A DNA stretch of 64,000 bases from the NCBI GenBank assembly GCA_047495785.1, contig JBLDXI010000003.1, positions 2,914,001-2,978,000 on the forward strand, written 5' to 3'. Origin of the DNA: Lepidodermella squamata (lineage: Eukaryota; Animalia; Gastrotricha). Below are positions 1-13,058 of the stretch, one piece after another (position 1 is the stretch's first letter; each line of letters opens with the position of its first letter). The translations under genes were made by a program, and so were the position numbers. The notes below the pieces were generated by a model. It worked only from the letters and a program-made list of their open reading frames with translations. It was not told the origin of the DNA and searched no databases.

Positions 1-354
1 GATGGAGTGCCGTATAAGGTTGCATCTTACGATTGTACTGCTAGGTACAAGGGCAGAATCAGCAAGCTGAAATGGGTCTGGGATGGGGAGTTCAATTGCC
101 CGAGCTTATGGCCGGGTCACACCGGCAATTCACGAGGTTATGCCAGCCGAACTGGAGCGATCGAACATGCGATGCAAGATTTCTACAAAGATTTAACGGC
201 TGCGAATGTTCTGACCCAGGAACAGTGGGACCAAATGGCACCTGGGGTTGTGAGACCTGTTACTACGACTGTTTCAGACACTACGAAGGCTATTACACAG
301 GCGACTAGATTGCCGAGAGAGGATATACCTCGAAGAGGAGGAATTATACCGTAA
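1..354 (+). CDS. ALF: Anti-lipopolysaccharide factor (ALF/scygonadin-domain)-like secreted protein, copy 1, 5'-truncated by window edge
   Basis: Frame open from base 1 (DGVPYKVASYDC...). C-x20-C loop C-TARYKGRISKLKWVWDGEFN-C followed by PSLWPGH..G.S...SRTGAIEHAMQDFYKDL....VLTQEQW, matching the ALF layout (C-x20-C-P-x-W...DF...L(I/T)xxE). Paralog of 42616-43125 and 18421-18858. Confidence 0.75.
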   Translation, partial: DGVPYKVASYDCTARYKGRISKLKWVWDGEFNCPSLWPGHTGNSRGYASRTGAIEHAMQDFYKDLTAANVLTQEQWDQMAPGVVRPVTTTVSDTTKAITQATRLPREDIPRRGGIIP

Positions 355-607
355 TTCACTGATGCGAAAATTTGCTTGGTTACTTTCAAAAAACTCATTC
401 TCTTTTTCTTCTTTCCTTCAAAACCATGTCATTGTATCTTTCAATGATGAACTCAAAAAAATGAAATCCGCAATAGGTATCCGCAATGAAAAGATTGAAC
501 TAAGCGTTAGAAAAAACCCAATGGCGTGACATAGTTTTATCAATTTATTATTCGAATAAATTATTCAAGATTTCAACGTTTATCAAAATGACCTTTTCGA
601 AATGTCT

Positions 608-1110
608 CTAGTTGGAGACGCTGACGGACTTGCTGAAGGAGTACGAGCCCTTGTTGGCCTTGCGGCCGCCGAACTTGCCGTGGCCGAACTTGCCGCCCTT
701 GCGGCCGTAGCCGAAGTTCTTGCCGTGCTTGCCGAACTTGCGACCACCGAATCGCTTGTTGTTGCCGAAGCGATTGCCGGAGAACGAGGCGGACCGCGAG
801 TAGGAAACAGACTTGGAGACCGACTTGGAGAAGGATCCGCGGCGCTTGTTCATCTTCTTGCCGTGGCGCTTCTTCATCGGGAAGGCACGTCCCTTGCGGA
901 AAGCCCTCTTGTTCTCGAAGGAGCGGCTCGCCGAGGTGCTCACCTTCTTCTCGTAGTGCCGATGCATTTCCTTCGACTCGACATTCCACACCTTAGCCTC
1001 GGAGTAGGCTGAAAAAGATGATAGGGTTAGGCTATTGACATAATTTTGTAGGTGAATAGTTTACCAAGTCCGAGCAGGACGACAACAGCAATGGCGAGGA
1101 AAGCACGCAT
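608..1110 (-). CDS. Secreted cationic Ser/Gly/Lys/Arg-rich protein, family A copy 1 (148 aa; exons 1110-1065, 1008-608)
   Basis: Exon 1 MRAFLAIAVVVLLGL + phase-1 GT..TTTTCAG intron (56 nt); exon 2 AYSEAKVWNVESKEM...SYSFSKSVSVSN. Seven near-identical copies in the window; upstream TATAAAA and ATCATCAGCC. Confidence 0.9.
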
Positions 1111-1921
1111 GTTTAGAATGAGATGAATAAATAATTGATTAGGAAATGGAAAAGCGAGGGATGGCTGATGATTTTTCTTGTGTTCTTTTGCCACTTTTAT
1201 ATCGTGATATTCGCACTTGTAATTGTATTCTTAATTGGCATAGTTCGAAAAAATAGCCAATTATTTCGATCGGAAATTCGCATCTGAAATTCCAAGCGAG
1301 TATTCCCCATTGATAGTTAGAATATTGAAAATTGTAAAACAAAGTGAAATAATTTAATATTAAGATATCCCGCAAATTTTTCAATTAATAATTCAAAATT
1401 AATATTGCCACTGGATAAAAATATTTGTTGTTGTTGTCAAGAACCTCAGATTACAGATTATACCGTGTTTTAGAATAACTCAACGCCGATTTTACATCGA
1501 ATATCGCAACTTTTTCAAACCAATTTCGGCATGAACTTTACTTGGCACGTATGCTACAGACTCCATCTCCTCGAATTTGAAAATTGTTGTTCTTTTTACT
1601 AACGGCACTACCAGCTGATCGAGTTTGCAAGCCACGAGATTTTCAGCGTTAATTTTGAGATTCTCGGAATTAGGAGACCTCGAGTGGTATGGCACCTTGA
1701 TTTAAAAAAAAAATCGCCATTTGAAACTATGAGGATTCAACTATAATAGATGGCGAAAAAGGCGAATGAATTGCTATTAGCTGAACGTTTATTTCATTTC
1801 ACCAAATCTCAAAAATATGACCAGAAATATCAGACTGCTCATCACAGCTTGGCATGGCAAAATAAATTTAATTTTCTAAGTCTGCCGATCTTGAGCCAAC
1901 ATGCTGACCTAGTCTTGAGGA

Positions 1922-3294
1922 TTAGTAGGTGTAGGCGTCATCTCCATGCGCCGCTTCAGGGTTAATAACGCCGTGCGCCTTGTCACCCTTCTTGCCGCCC
2001 TTCTTTCCAGTTTCTTTACCGCCCTTCTTGCCTTCCTTCTTGCCGGTCTTCTTTTCAGTTTTCTTGCCACCCTTCTTGGCAGCCTTCTTGCCATGGTAGT
2101 CGCTGCTGCTGTTCTTCTTGGCGCTGGCGCTCTTTTCCTTGTAGCTGTGAGCAACTGAGGTCTTCTTGCCGCCCTTCTTTCCTTCCTTCTTGCCACCCTT
2201 CTTGGCGGCCTTCTTGGGGGCGCTGTCCTTCTTGGCGCTGGCGCTCTTCTCTTCTTGGTAGCTGGCAGAGACACCAGCATGGAAGTCGCGGGTGGCACGT
2301 TCAGCCGAGGCGGAGGCGCGTTTGCGGCCGTACTTGGCTCCAGCCTTGCGGGCGTGGGCAGAGTCAGAGACGGAGGTCTTCTTGCTGCTGGCCTTGTACT
2401 TGCGGGCGTTGTGGGAGTCACGGGCGACGGAAGTCGAGGCGCGGCGGTGGTGGGCCTTGTTGCGCTTCGCCTTCTTCGAGGCAGCGGCGGCCGAGGCAAC
2501 GGAATCGCGAGTGGCGTAGTCGGCAGAGTGGGCCTTGCGGGACTTCTTGCCGTGGGCCTTCTTGGCGGTCTTCTTGCGGCTGGCAGTGGTGGCAGCGCCG
2601 TCAGAGTCGAATGCAGCAAAGTCATTGGAGCCAGATTCGAAGCTGAACTTGTTGACGTTGTTGTGGCCCTTGTCGGTGAAGGTCTTCTTCTTGAACTCGA
2701 TCACCTCGCCGGCCTTGTCGCGGGCCTGGTCCTTGTGGAAACCAGCCTTGCGCTTGTGGTCGGCGCGGCCGTGCTTCTTGTTGCGGCTGTGTTTCTGAGC
2801 AGCGGCGGCGGCGCCAGAGCCAGCGTAGGCGTTGTCGTGCTTGGCGAAGGCAGCCGAGTCGCTCTTGCGGACAACGCGGCCGTGGCGCTTGCTGCCAGCC
2901 TTGGACTTTTTGCGGTCGTAGGTGGAATCACGCTTACCGGCCGAGGCGTAGCTGGCCGAGGCGCGTTCGTGGCTGGCCGATCGGGTCTTGATCAGCTTGC
3001 GCTTGTCGCTCGTCTTCTCGTTGTGGGAAGCGTCGGCCTCAGCGTAGTCGGCGGCGGCGAATTCTTGCTCAGCAGAGGCAGACTCGCGGGCGTAGGAGTC
3101 GTGTTGGTCGACAGAGGCGGAGAAGTCGGCCTTCTTGGAGCCTCCTTTCTTCGCACCTTTTCCTTTGCCATAGTCACCACCGGCAGACACTGATTAAAAA
3201 GCATTAAAAATAATAAAAAGATGATGTCGGATATTAAAGAATTACCAGTAGCGGCCAGCAGGACAATCACAGCGAGAGAAAGGCACACGCGCAT
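1922..3294 (-). CDS. Secreted Ala/Ser/Lys-rich low-complexity protein, family B copy 1 (438 aa; exons 3294-3246, 3189-1922)
   Basis: Signal exon MRVCLSLAVIVLLAAT, 56-nt phase-1 intron, then long ORF VSAGGDYGKGKG... with SASA motifs, KKGGKK repeats and C-terminal AYTY; strong GC3 codon bias; paralog at 44421-45676. Confidence 0.88.
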
Positions 3295-3399
3295 TTTAAA
3301 ATTGCTGATTCCAAATCGAGAAAATAATATTTGGATAGTTTTGAATTTTGAAAGAAAATAAGTTTGAAAAAATGATTGGAATAAAAACCAAAGCTAACT

Positions 3400-3560
3400 G
3401 GATGATATTTTTCCCATTTCAAAACCACCATTTATAGCCTGGTTGGTCATATTTCATCTACCTGTTGCGTGTTCGCCTAATGATGAATCGCGTGCTCGAC
3501 CTAATTATTAGCCCACCAGTGGCACCAATATCGCGAGCGAAAACCAGTGTTTTTAAAAAA
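3400..3560 (-). promoter_or_regulatory. Promoter block of family B copy 1 (TATAAAT and ATCAT initiator), homologous to the promoter of family C gene
   Basis: Collinear similarity with 46955-47110 (gatatttttcccattt..aaaccac..tttatagc..tttcatctacctgttgcgtg..atcgcgtg.tcgacctaatta..gcaccaat.tcgcgagcgaaaacca). Confidence 0.7.
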
Positions 3561-5272
3561 ACACCCGAGCGAGCTAATTTGTTTGTCTCGCCATTCACGA
3601 ACGTTTGAAACAAAAACCGAATGGCCAAAATCCAAAATGAAAAGATTTATGTTGCGTCCAGAAAAGTGATGATCATAAAAAAAAACTCGAGTTGAAGACG
3701 AGCGATCAGCTTCAGGATACTCAACGGACGAGACTATCATTTTCTAACTTGAAGAGTAGAGCCGCCTCGGCAATATTCTTGAAGTTTAATGCCGGAACTT
3801 TTAATGGCCTTTGTGTTTTCTCGAGCATTGGTGATAAACTGATGAAAGGTGTTCTCCACTTATAAATTGTCCAACTGAAAATAAAATGCAAACTTGGAAA
3901 TTAGGGCATACACTTGTTTTTGGTATCGAAAAATTCGTTTGCACAAGCCATTGGCATAGAGAACCGATTGAAATTCCTTTCTTTTTCATATTTTCATATT
4001 TCATATACCACAAGAGCCGCTGCAAAATAAGAAAAGGGCCATGAAAAAATGAAAAAAAATGAATTAAACAACTAAAAAAAGTTATCGTAAAAAGAATTTG
4101 GGCACGCTTTTCCGATGCACGTGTATCACGGTTTGATATTCACTTCTTCTCAAAATCAGTCGTTAAAATGTGATCGCTCTATTAAATGTGAGAAAAGCCG
4201 CGGTTTTCTATTCAATTTTTGAATCAGCTGCTCAGTTTTAATTAATTTGTCTGAAAATAGCAACCAAAATAATTTTAATAGTACTGTTCATTATCTGTTA
4301 ACGATTTTTCGAGCGGAGCGAGATTTTTGAGTCCAACAATATTTGATAGGGCGTGCCAAGTGCACACCTACTAAATTTGAGACTCCAGCGCACTAGATTT
4401 CCCCTAAATATGGTTTTTCGAATTTCTTGTCATATTTCGAAATCCGAATATTTCGAATATTTCGGTAGTTTTTCGGTAGTTCTACCGAAAAAGTATACCG
4501 CGCAGAACTACCGCAACATTTTTTTCAAGAATCTGAAAAAATATATACGATAATATATCAATAACTTAACCTAGAATTACATAATTTTGAAGATCAATCA
4601 TAATTTAATCATAATCATTTAACAAAATATCATAATTTAACTCTCAATATCAAAGCAATTTAAATATTCATATATAAGGGCCTATTTGGCCTGGCATTCC
4701 TACATTGCGCATGTATTTGACGATTATCAGTAATTTAACCAGCGTAAAAAATTTATGAATGTGGTCGCATTGCACTTATGCCATCCTTTACCAATATACG
4801 TAACAGAATAGAGCAATAATAATACGCTAAAACAGCTATGAATACTGTATTTATTTATCTATGACAACAACACATCAATTGTGCTGGAACATCCGCTCAG
4901 AGTGGTAAATTGAGGCGACCCTTTTGCATGTTCCGCGACTTGCACGGAAATGAGCCGGCAGTATCTTGTAGAGAATTCAACGGGCTATCAGCCGATATGA
5001 TCATTACCCGCCGGCGATGGTCCGTTCGCGTAACAGACGGGCGCAAAGTTTGCCAACATGTCGCGTATTTCAATTTTTCTCGCGTTTTTCAAGGCTTAAT
5101 TTGGCATGTTCCGCGATTTGCAGGAAAATGAGCCGGCAATATCTTGTGGATAATCCAACGGGCTATCATCCGAAACCTGTAATGCGTGTTATTCCGGGCC
5201 AATTTGCGACCTGTTGTATTGCGGCGCATATGCGATGTAGGAATATGTTTTCGTTGGGAGTAAATGTGGTTA

Positions 5273-5831
5273 CCGTATATTCCGTAATAGCTTCATATAC
5301 CCGTTATTACCGCCCGTCCCGTTTACAATCCCCCTTTTTAAGGCCTTTGAAAAAATAAAGCCTCGCAATTTAACCCAGGACCTAAATTTTAATTCAAGAA
5401 AATCGCACTTAAAAATAATTGCGCGTATATTTTTGAAATTCCATTTCTGAGGCATTTGATGGGCATGTTTGATAGAAAATGGCGAAACATAGCCGAGTGA
5501 GAGAAGTTGAGCAACGAAAATTGCCAAAGTAGCCGTCGATTTCCTAACATTCATGACTTGAAGAAAACCAACATTTTAAAATTTCAATAATTTGCATAAA
5601 AATGGCTGAAAACTCTTCGAAATCGAACGATGAAGTTCTCGATTTTGATGAAAAGCTGTTGACTTTAGTTCAAAAATTATCAATTTATTCTTATTTTTAC
5701 TCAATTTTAACACTTGAAAACTTGCTTTGAAACAATTAAGTCGCATGCTCGCAATTGTAACACGTCCCGTTTACAACCCCCCTTTTTCGAAGCTTTGAAA
5801 TTGCCCCCTGAAGCTATTACGGAAAATACGG
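5273..5831. mobile_element. Tc1/mariner/pogo-type MITE
   Basis: TA-flanked ~23-bp TIR CCGTATATTCCGTAATAGCTTCA / TGAAGCTATTACGGAAAATACGG; internal direct repeat cgtcccgtttacaa.cccc.ttttt. Confidence 0.7.
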
Positions 5832-6285
5832 TATCTTCGATTTTCAATTTTTCCAACTTTAAAGAAATACAAGTTAAATTTTTTTCTTCGGCTTCACTTC
5901 GGAATCGGCTTCACTAGAATCACCAATTTTTTTGTTATCTTACCTAACCGATAGGCCTTCATATTACGCGTATTTTGCGCTATGAGCGGTCAGTTTACGA
6001 ATTACACTTCATCATATAGAGCCGATATCGATTCCAAGTATCGATTTTACAAATCAGTGATTTTTCCAATATCAGCCGTCGTGGACATCAATAATTTTTC
6101 TACGTAGCTTTCTACTTTCTACGTAGCTTTCTACTTTCTACGTAGGGCGCCAGGTAGCTCAAATTAAAAATCCTAGGTTCAGTATCGTAAACAAACAAAA
6201 ACGCCGAAAACGTTTAGTGCTGGAACCTCATTTTTAGATATTTGGACCCTATTTGATAGATAGTGATGTTGAGTTTAATTTGAAG

Positions 6286-9200
6286 ATGCCCGCAATTTTG
6301 CAGCCATTCATTGTTCAAGAAGGACCGTTCAATTCAACGAGCGAATTCAACTCATGGCAGCTGATAGGCAATGGCGGCTTCGGCACGGTCTACTTGTGCC
6401 ATCGAGCTGGAACCACTGAGACTTTTGCCATCAAGGAAGTCAACTTGACTCGAGAGGCAAAGAAAAACGTCAGGTTGGCAAAAAAGTGCTGCGATGAGGT
6501 AAGCTGTTCGATGTAAGTATATCTTGTAAGCAAGATCTTTCTCGTTACAGCACAAAAAGTTGAAGCAACTACGCCACCCCAACATCGTGCGAGTTTTTGG
6601 GGCATTTACAGGTATGAAATCCATGCTGAGATCAGTCGTTATATCAGCTATGACTATATTTCAGAGGTATACAAAGGCGATGACGCCTTGAATAGGAATT
6701 GTCTCATGTACTACCTGGTAATGGAGTACTGCGACGGCGGAGATTTGGCCAGTCGAATCGGAGAGGGGCGTGAGAAAATCAGCGAGGCGCAACTGCGAAT
6801 CTGGGCCAGGCAACTAGCCGAAGCGTTGAAGTGCCTGCACGACAACGAAATCGTTCACCGAGATATCAAGCCGGTAAACATTTTTATAAGCCGCGATGGG
6901 CAAACGCTGAAACTAGGCGATTTCGGCTTGGCTAAAGATTTGAGCATGTACTTTAACCGAATGATAATTTTTTCCACCCTCGCTCATCGTTTTCTTTTTA
7001 TAGAAAAGAGCAGACACCATCTACGACGCCTTGCACTTCTTGGGCTTATGCAGCTCCGGAGTACATCATGACATCTAATTACGATCCCCCGTGTGACGTG
7101 TGGTCATTTGGCGTTACTTTTTATGAATTGACGAATTTTGTCAGACCGGTGAGCCCTATTAGAAAGCGCAATATATCCGTTTGACATGAAAAGCTCCATT
7201 CCATTGTTTCAGTTCAGCGGCGTCGCTAATACGCCTGCGGTCGCTGTAAACATTAAAAAGTGAGTCACATGAATTCAATTTAGGGTGCCAACTTTCATAC
7301 ATATTTTTTTCATTTACTTCGAGCTGGAAACGATGGAAAATGACAGCGGACTAGTTTTCGGTTTTTAAAAACAAAAAACGGGGTTCCGAAAACGTAGCCG
7401 ATTTTTTCCGCTTGAAAATAGTTATTGGTAAAGTGCAAGGGCCCTAAATCGACCTGAACCTAACCTTCACCCTGAACCCTATCCAAACCCCAAAACTAAC
7501 CCTAACCCTGACTTCTAACCCTAACTCCAAATCCTAACTCCCGTTCGTCGTTTTCGTGAAAAACATAATTTTAAGAAAAAAAATATGTAAGAAAGGTAAT
7601 TTGTCATACATAAATATGTATGAAAGGTTCTCTCATCGAATCTCTCTCTCTCGAAGGCATTTAAATTGGCGAAATTGGGGGTGGAACGTGACAGGAACAT
7701 CCCAGGACATTCAGACAACGTTTTAGAGGAGCAATTCCAACTTTAATAAATGTAAGAAAAGCTGATTTTTAGCTGAGTTATTGAAGGTTCGAATTCCTGG
7801 CTAGATGGAAAAATATTCTGGTTAGATGAAAAAGGATTTTGGCAAGATGAAAAAAGACAGCCAAATTTTTCGGCCAGCTTCGCGTTAATTTCCTGGAATT
7901 ATTTTAGCGAATGGCGCGGGGCTACTTGCTAGTTTTTCTCTGTAGTATGAATCATATTATATATTGCAGATGACGTCGTGATTCATCAGGCGAATTTTGC
8001 ACAATGCTCGAAAAAGCAAAAATAATCATCTTTTAGAATTTATCCGCCAAAAGCCGTTCACCGGCCGGAAATTCTATTTGGATGAGCGTTGACTGAGAGT
8101 TGAGATCTACATTTTCCTAATTTTTTCGAGAACATTGAAGGTGGGGTCTTTTGAGATAGATCGAGGTTAAGTATCCAGTCGGAATCACCTTTCAGGTGCG
8201 TAGATTTTGCCGATTTTGCCGACTTTTTAGGTTTTGCCCTTAACGCAAGTCGACTTTTTTTACCAATTCCGCGGAATTTAGAGCAGCGGTTCGCGTAATT
8301 GACACTTGGGGGCCGGGCGGAACTAAAAATAGGAATTGAGCCAGTTTTTAATGCTCCATTTCAAAGCAAGTATTCCGGGTGGTCCTGAGACTAAGGCTTT
8401 GGTCTTCAGTCGCATTGGGAAGAAAACGCCGCGTAAATGATGAGGAGCTGAGCTATGATGACATTACCCCGAAGTTTTCAAGTTTTAATGTTATGTTATA
8501 TATGTTTTAGCGAGAAACCGCGGCCATTCGACAAATCACGTGGCTATTCGGCCCACTGCATCGATTTCACCATGTCACTCCTTGACAAGCAAAGTGAAAC
8601 CCGCCCGAAAATCGATCAAGTGTTGAATCATAGATTCCTGAAGGAATCGCAAGTAGCCAACGAGAACGCCGAAAAGGTATGTTGCATTATTTTACCATCT
8701 ACAAGATATCAAGATTTACCTATTTGTGGCACAAGACCTCACCTTAACTGCACTTCTTTCGGGTCATTTGATGACTCTTTATATTTTTAATTGCCAACTT
8801 GAATTCTCTTGTGCGTCTAAGCTTCAGTTTCTAATAAATTAATGCAATAAATTCCCAAAAAATTGGACGGGGATAAAAGTTAGGTATATATTTCGATAGC
8901 TTACCCCATCCTGGTAATAAAAACATTTTTCTGGAACTTTCCAATCAAATTTTAACAACTTTTTCCGCCCCGCAAATTTCAATCTTCGGGAATTTTAGCT
9001 GCTTTGCGAATATATAGATGACCCCATAAACGTCCTAGGAAGACGAACCTGGTCTCGTTGGAAAGAGCGTAAAAAGTTGTACAAAAATTATCAAAAAATT
9101 AGAAAAATGATGTTTTTTGAAAAATCGATATAAAAATGTGTCGATTTTTACATGCGCAAATGGCTCAAATAAAACGAACAAAAACGCGGCTTTGCACGCA

Positions 9201-11920
9201 GACCTTTGCACCCTGAAATGATGTTGACACTATGGCAGGATCGTAAGCTTCCGATCTTTATTATTTATCTATGACCGTTAACATGGTGTTTGGCTAAATT
9301 CTTGTCACCGTGTAATTTTGATGCCAATTAAAATTCAATTAACGAGGAGTCAAACGATCTCAAAAATACGGTGATATTCATCGGGGTTGCAGAGAAAATG
9401 GGCTTCAAAGTTTACCGTTGATAATTGCAAATTACGAAAAATTCGCCCTTAAAAAAGTAGTTTTTTAATTAATAACCCTTCTCACAATAAATTCTCATGT
9501 TATTTTCTTATCATAGACAAATAATAAGAGACTGGACACTCACGCTTATTAAATACTGCCGAAATCAAAAAATTAGTTTTTTATCCGCACACTAACTTTG
9601 TGTTTTAATTGAGTTTTAACGATGCAGAGATAAGGTTTCACGATCTAGTGCAACTTTTCACGCTCTATTTAACCATATAAATTTGGAAGCTGTATCATGA
9701 AAAGTTCCTCAAAAATCAGGGCTTTAAAAAATTTGAGAGCCTGCCTCGCAATTTGACCCATCTCGTATTCCAGAAAGGTACTAATGGGATCGATGCAGAA
9801 TTTTGTGAGCTTTCTTTTGATACCAAAATCATGAGGTGCGTACTCATGATAGAGATAGGAGTAACGAAATATTTAAAAGGCTATTTTTTTATTGCGCGTT
9901 TTGATATGTGCGCCGCCGCGACAAGTGAAAACCGTGATTCACGAACGATTTGGGTTCACGTCATGGTCTACTACAGTAGTTCACGCTGATTTCAAATCTG
10001 AAACCCGTTTTTCAATATCTGTTACCGTTCTCAAGATCTAAGCACAATTGAGTATTCGCACATCACAAATGAAATTGTTCAGGAGAAGCAAAAAACAAAA
10101 TCATAGATTTGCGAAAATATTTCCTTTAGGTATAGCGAATTGCAACACCTCATTCAGCGGTTTTTATGACCTACTAGGGCAATTTGAGTCCTAGATTCCG
10201 AAATTTGCACTATTAAGAGCCCAATTTCCACCGATCTAGCTCAAATTGGATTAAAAAACCACTTAATCAAATTTGCTTTTTCGTTTTTATTAAACTGTGA
10301 AAGCCCAGGTAAATACGCACCTCATGATTTTGGTATCAAAAGAAAGCTCATAAAATTCTGCATCGATCTCATTAGTACCATTCTGGAATACGACATGGGG
10401 CAAATTGCAAGGCAGGCTCTCAAATTTTTTAAAGCCCTGATTTTTGAGGAACTTTTCATGATACAGCTTCAAAATTTATATGGTTGAATAGAGCGTGAGC
10501 TACTGCCGTTTATGGCCACGGCTCGTCCACAGCCGATGAAAACTGTCGTTGCAACGCCAGGATACAGTGAGGGCTGAAATTCGTAAATTTCCTTAAAAAT
10601 GTGGTTAAGGAGGAATTTTAAAATGTAAATTTGAATAATTTCGGCAGTATTGTAAAGGCAAGATGAGTGTCCAGTCTCTTATTATTTGTCTATGTTTCTT
10701 ATATTCGTAGTCGGAATTTTTGGGGTTATCTGAGGTTAGGAATTGAGCTATAGTTATCGAAACCCAACTAGTGCCTCTGCGTCAACCTAAATCGATAAGC
10801 TTTTAGGGCAACACTTTGGCGTTTCCCTCCTGGAGGTCTGAAATTCGAAAATCAAGATCCTCAGCAATCGCCCCTTTTCAACTGAACACACAATTTTAGA
10901 TTTGCTGGAAAATACAGAAAATTCGCCAAACCCCATGTTTCACTTGTTAACGGTTTATAATGACTTTTCTCTCAGGAATTCGTGAGATGTGTACATTGAA
11001 ATGACGCAGTGGCAATGTCCCAACTGCTAAGCAGCGAGCGATCGCAGTTATTGAACGTTAACGGAAAATACTGGGACAACGAAGAAACTGCAATTCATGC
11101 TGCAGCAAAAAGAGGCAATGTTGACATAATTAAACTTCTGGTACGCAGGTTCAATGCCAACGTCAACGCAGCTGGCTTAGATGGTTCGACGCCATTGCAC
11201 GAAGCCGCCTTTTATGTCAAACCTGAAATCGTGGAATTGTTGGCGGGCGAGTTCAAAGCCAACGTGAATGCGGCAGATAGCATCGAAAGAACGCCATTGC
11301 ACGATGCCGTTTCGAGTAGCAAAGCCGACGTTGTGAAACAGCTGGCGCGTGAGTTCAAGGCCGACGTTATTAAGAGTAAATCGAATGGCATCGGGACATT
11401 GCACTCGGCCGCTTTGAGTGGAGAGGTCAAAGTCGTGGAACTGCTGGCTGGCAACGGAGCCAACGTCAATGCGGCTGATAAGTATGGCCTCACGCCACTG
11501 CACTTAGCCATCCCGTATGGCAAGGCTGAAGTCGTGGAACTTCTGGTGGAAAGGTTCAAAGCCGACGTCAACGCGGTGTCACAATATGGCGAGACACCAT
11601 TGCACAGGGCCGCCCAATGTGGAAAAGCTGACATCGTGGACCTGCTAGCGGGCAAGTTTGGAGCCAAGGTCGATGCGACGGATGGTGATGGCAATACTCC
11701 ACTGATGATAGCGGCGTATTGGTCACAAGCTGCTGTTGTCCAGCTTCTTGTCAACAAATTCAAGGCTGATGTTGATACAAAGAACAAGAACCGCCAAACT
11801 GCGCTGGATTTGGCTAAAAACACTCGTGCTGTATCGAATCAAAGCTCCGGTGAACAAGGGCAAATAATCCGAATCCTCTCAGATGTTGTTGCTGTGGAAA
11901 ATCACTTCGGACGAGAATGA
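6286..11920 (+). CDS. NEK/NIMA-like Ser/Thr kinase followed by ankyrin repeats (exons 6286-6498, 6551-6611, 6665-6947, 7004-7148, 7213-7259, 8511-8676, 10976-11920); in-frame TGA at 10997-10999
   Basis: Spliced frame gives GNGGFG, FAIKE, LRHPNIV, MEYCDGGDL, HRDIKPVN, DFGLAK, YAAPE, DVWSFG, RP..DQVLNHRFL. The last exon is in phase with ~7-8 ankyrin repeats (TPLH.A....), but codon 8 of that exon is TGA. Confidence 0.75.
7452..7542 (+). repeat. Degenerate (CCCTAA/CCTAAC)-like microsatellite in kinase intron
   Basis: cctgaacctaaccttcaccctgaaccctatccaaaccccaaaactaaccctaaccctgacttctaaccctaactcc. Confidence 0.5.
9512..10694. mobile_element. Non-autonomous DNA transposon with 8-bp TSD (P- or hAT-type), in kinase-ankyrin intron
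   Basis: 31-bp TIR CATAGACAAATAATAAGAGACTGGACACTCA at both ends; TSD TTTCTTAT (9504-9511, 10695-10702); internal ~185-bp inverted repeat 9658-9842 / 10313-10498. Confidence 0.85.
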
Positions 11921-12580
11921 CCGATGCAAAGACGTTTTGGCTTCTTGTGATACGTCGTCTCGGTGCCATGTGTTGTTCGATTCGGAGCAATCGGAAAGGA
12001 TAACAACAAGAGACACCTTTACATTCGATCGAAGCTGATTCACAGTGGTTGATACAAATAAACATTTGGTAGAAGTGCGGTCTTCAATCGTATTCCTCGG
12101 AATACGGTTTGTAAGGTCCTTTTTTGTGCTTGTGTAATAAAATTTACTGTGTGATTCTGAATAAAAGCCGCCCAAATTATCGACAGGCCTTCTCACCTGC
12201 TTGGCTTTTTCCCAACTTTTGTTCTAATTCGAGTTTGGAAAATAAAACGAAAAAATAACAACAGCCGAGAATTGATCAAATATTGGATCCAGATTGTGAA
12301 TCCAATAAGGGGATCCAGTTTCCAGATTTTGCTCGATTTCGCCTCTTTTACTTATTTGTAACTTAGCCCGAATAACAGTAAATAATGTAACCCCTGAAAT
12401 AGGAAAATGCAGTGAAACCAAAATGAAGCTGAACACGACACGAAACCCAAAATGAGCAGCATTAAGTTTTAAGCATTGACTTTAAGCAGGATTGCACATT
12501 GAATTTTCGCGATTTTATTCATGAAAAACGATTACAATTCACGATTGATTTATAATCATAATTATTTAGTCTTTTGAGTT

Positions 12581-13058
12581 TTAGTTGGAGACACTGACGG
12601 ACTTGCTGAAAGAGTACGAGCCCTTGTTAGCCTTGCGGCCGCCGAACTTGCCGCCCTTGCGGCCGTAGCCGAAGTTCTTGCCGTACTTGCCGAACTTGCG
12701 GCCACCGAATCGCTTGTTCTTGCGGTTGCCGGAGAAGGAGGCGGACCGCGAGTAGGAAACAGACTTGGAGACCGACTTGGAGAAGGATCCGCGGCGCTTG
12801 TTCATCTTCTTGCCGTGGCGCTTCTTCATCGGGAAGGCACGTCCCTTGCGGAAAGCCCTCTTGTTCTCGAAGGAGCGGCTCGCCGAGGTGCTCACCTTCT
12901 TCTCGTAGTGCCGGTGCATTTCCTTCGACTCGACATTCCAGACTTTGGCCTCGGAGTAAGCTGAAATAATAAAATATTTGAAGACGGCAAAATGAATTGG
13001 GAACAAGATTACCAAGTCCGAGCAGGACGACAACAGCGATAGCGAGGAAAGCACGCAT
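12581..13058 (-). CDS. Family A secreted cationic protein, copy 2 (141 aa; exons 13058-13013, 12960-12581)
   Basis: Same two-exon structure, 52-nt intron; shorter G/K/F-rich tail. Confidence 0.9.

Noticed and set aside
573-1012. Long alternative-frame (Gln-rich) and antisense (Leu/Ala/Val-rich) ORFs overlapping family A, A', B, C, D and E genes
   Set aside because: Expected shadows of low-complexity, GC3-biased coding sequence; they lack their own conserved starts or splice signals.
7452-7542. Interstitial telomere
   Set aside because: Short and highly degenerate; more like the CCTAAC microsatellites carried by transposons.
6286-8676. The local kinase as the enzyme phosphorylating the (SX)n blocks
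   Set aside because: It is a cytosolic-type NEK-like kinase with no signal peptide; secreted proteins are phosphorylated by lumenal Fam20-type kinases.
10997-10999. Selenocysteine codon
   Set aside because: No recognisable SECIS seen downstream and no redox-motif context.
12627-13058. Intron-retention read-through giving a signal peptide plus Gln-rich protein (also in copy 5)
   Set aside because: Depends on 3n+1 intron length; copy 3 hits a stop and other copies have different intron phases, so it is not conserved.
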